A stretch of DNA of 63,722 nt, the filler included, from Octopus bimaculoides (Eukaryota), in NCBI RefSeq assembly GCF_001194135.2. It is 6 parts of 6 records of this genome, joined end to end, with 100 filler letters (N's around TTAATTAATTAA, not from the genome) between each part and the next. Parts side by side here need not be neighbours in the genome. Positions count along the whole stretch, not along the records: positions 62,640 to 63,722 come from NW_026409088.1; 5 more parts are not named here. One strand, 5' to 3'. The notes under the pieces were generated by a model, which had not been told where the DNA came from, ran no database searches, and worked only from the letters and a program-made list of their open reading frames with translations. The number at the start of each line of letters is the position of its first letter. Position 1 is the stretch's first letter. Below, piece by piece: positions 62,640-63,722 of this stretch. The position numbers and the translations under genes were made by a program.

Positions 62640-63722
62640 GACAGGAGGATAGATGGACAGGAGGATAGATGGACAGGAGGATAGATGGATGGACTGATAG
62701 TTTGGTAGATGGATGGATAGCCAAAATGGATGAAGAGATTGATGGATGGATAGAGATTGATAGACAGATAAGTGACAATTGATGGATGGCCATATGGATA
62801 GCTAGTAAGACGGATGGAAGGATGGATAGCTAGATGGATGGATGTATGGCTAGCTACACAGACTGATAGACAGGTAAATCGATGGGTGGATAGACAGGTG
62901 GATTGCAAGGAAGATATATGGATAGCTAGCCAGATCGATCCACAAATAGAGAGATAGAAAGATAGGTAGCCAGACTGGTGGATGGATAGATGGATGTATA
63001 GCCAAATGGCTGGATGGACAGATAGATAGGTAGCCAGATTGGTGGTTAGATAGATGGATAGCTAGTAAGATTGATGGACAGATAGATGGATGGTTAGATA
63101 GCCAAATTGATGGATGGACAGATGGATAGGTAGCCAGAAGAATGGATGGACAGATGGATAACTAGTCAGATGGATGGATAGCTAGATAGCTAGTCAGGTG
63201 GATGGACAGATAGATAAACAGATGGATTGCCAGATGGGTGATGAGATAGGTGGATAGCTAGATAACAAGACAGACAGATGGATGGATAGCTGGCCAGATG
63301 GTTAGACAGATAGATGGATGGATGGATGGATGGATGGATGGACANNNNNNNNNNAGATGGTTAGACAGATAGATGGATGGATGGATGGATGGATGGATGG
63401 ACAGACAAGTGCATAGCTAGTGAGTTAGATGGATGGGTAAACATGTAGATAGCTAGCCTGATGGATAGATGGGTAGCTAGCTAGATGGATGGATGGATGG
63501 ATAGACAAGTGGTTACATAAACAGTTGGATGGATGGATGATAGACAGGTGGCTAGATAACATGTTGCATGGATAGAAAACTTATCAGATTGATGGACAAA
63601 AAGATAGATGGATGAATAGCTAGCCAGATGGACAAATGGATAAGTAGCTAGGTGGATGGATAAATGGATGGATAGGTGGATAGATAGATAGCTTGGAGAA
63701 TGGATGGATAGGCAGATAGTTA
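62640..63722. repeat. Degenerate (GATG/GATA/GACA/GCTA)n tetranucleotide satellite
   Basis: 4-bp periodicity runs to the window end. Confidence 0.92.

Overview
AT-rich, gap-ridden eukaryotic scaffold window made almost entirely of repeats. The repeat families and microsatellite load are consistent with an Octopus draft genome (inference). No intact protein-coding gene, rRNA, tRNA or CRISPR array is supported; most long ORFs in the track are N-gap or microsatellite artefacts. Recognisable content: decayed Tc1/mariner transposons (one full-length mariner and one full-length Tc1 with both TIRs), a mariner-type MITE family, non-autonomous Helitron ends, RTE, R4/Dong-like and Tx1/L1-like LINE fragments, several tRNA-derived SINE families, and several Penelope-like element (PLE) remnants. 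The most interesting signal lies outside the ORF track: a set of minimal type I hammerhead ribozyme (HHR) motifs. Five have an intact core (16336-16408, 18233-18286, 41877-41965, 42239-42327, 50852-50943) and there are several variant or decayed ones. Most sit in PLE pseudo-LTR context, each family has a different self-complementary helix III, and two face outward from a ~500-bp genomic palindrome. Secondary signals: repeated fold-back (inverted) SINE fusions, a SINE head joined to two different tails, a compound MITE array, a minus-strand SINE bias, a few strong but unverified splice-site pairs, and CTCF/RFX-like motifs.
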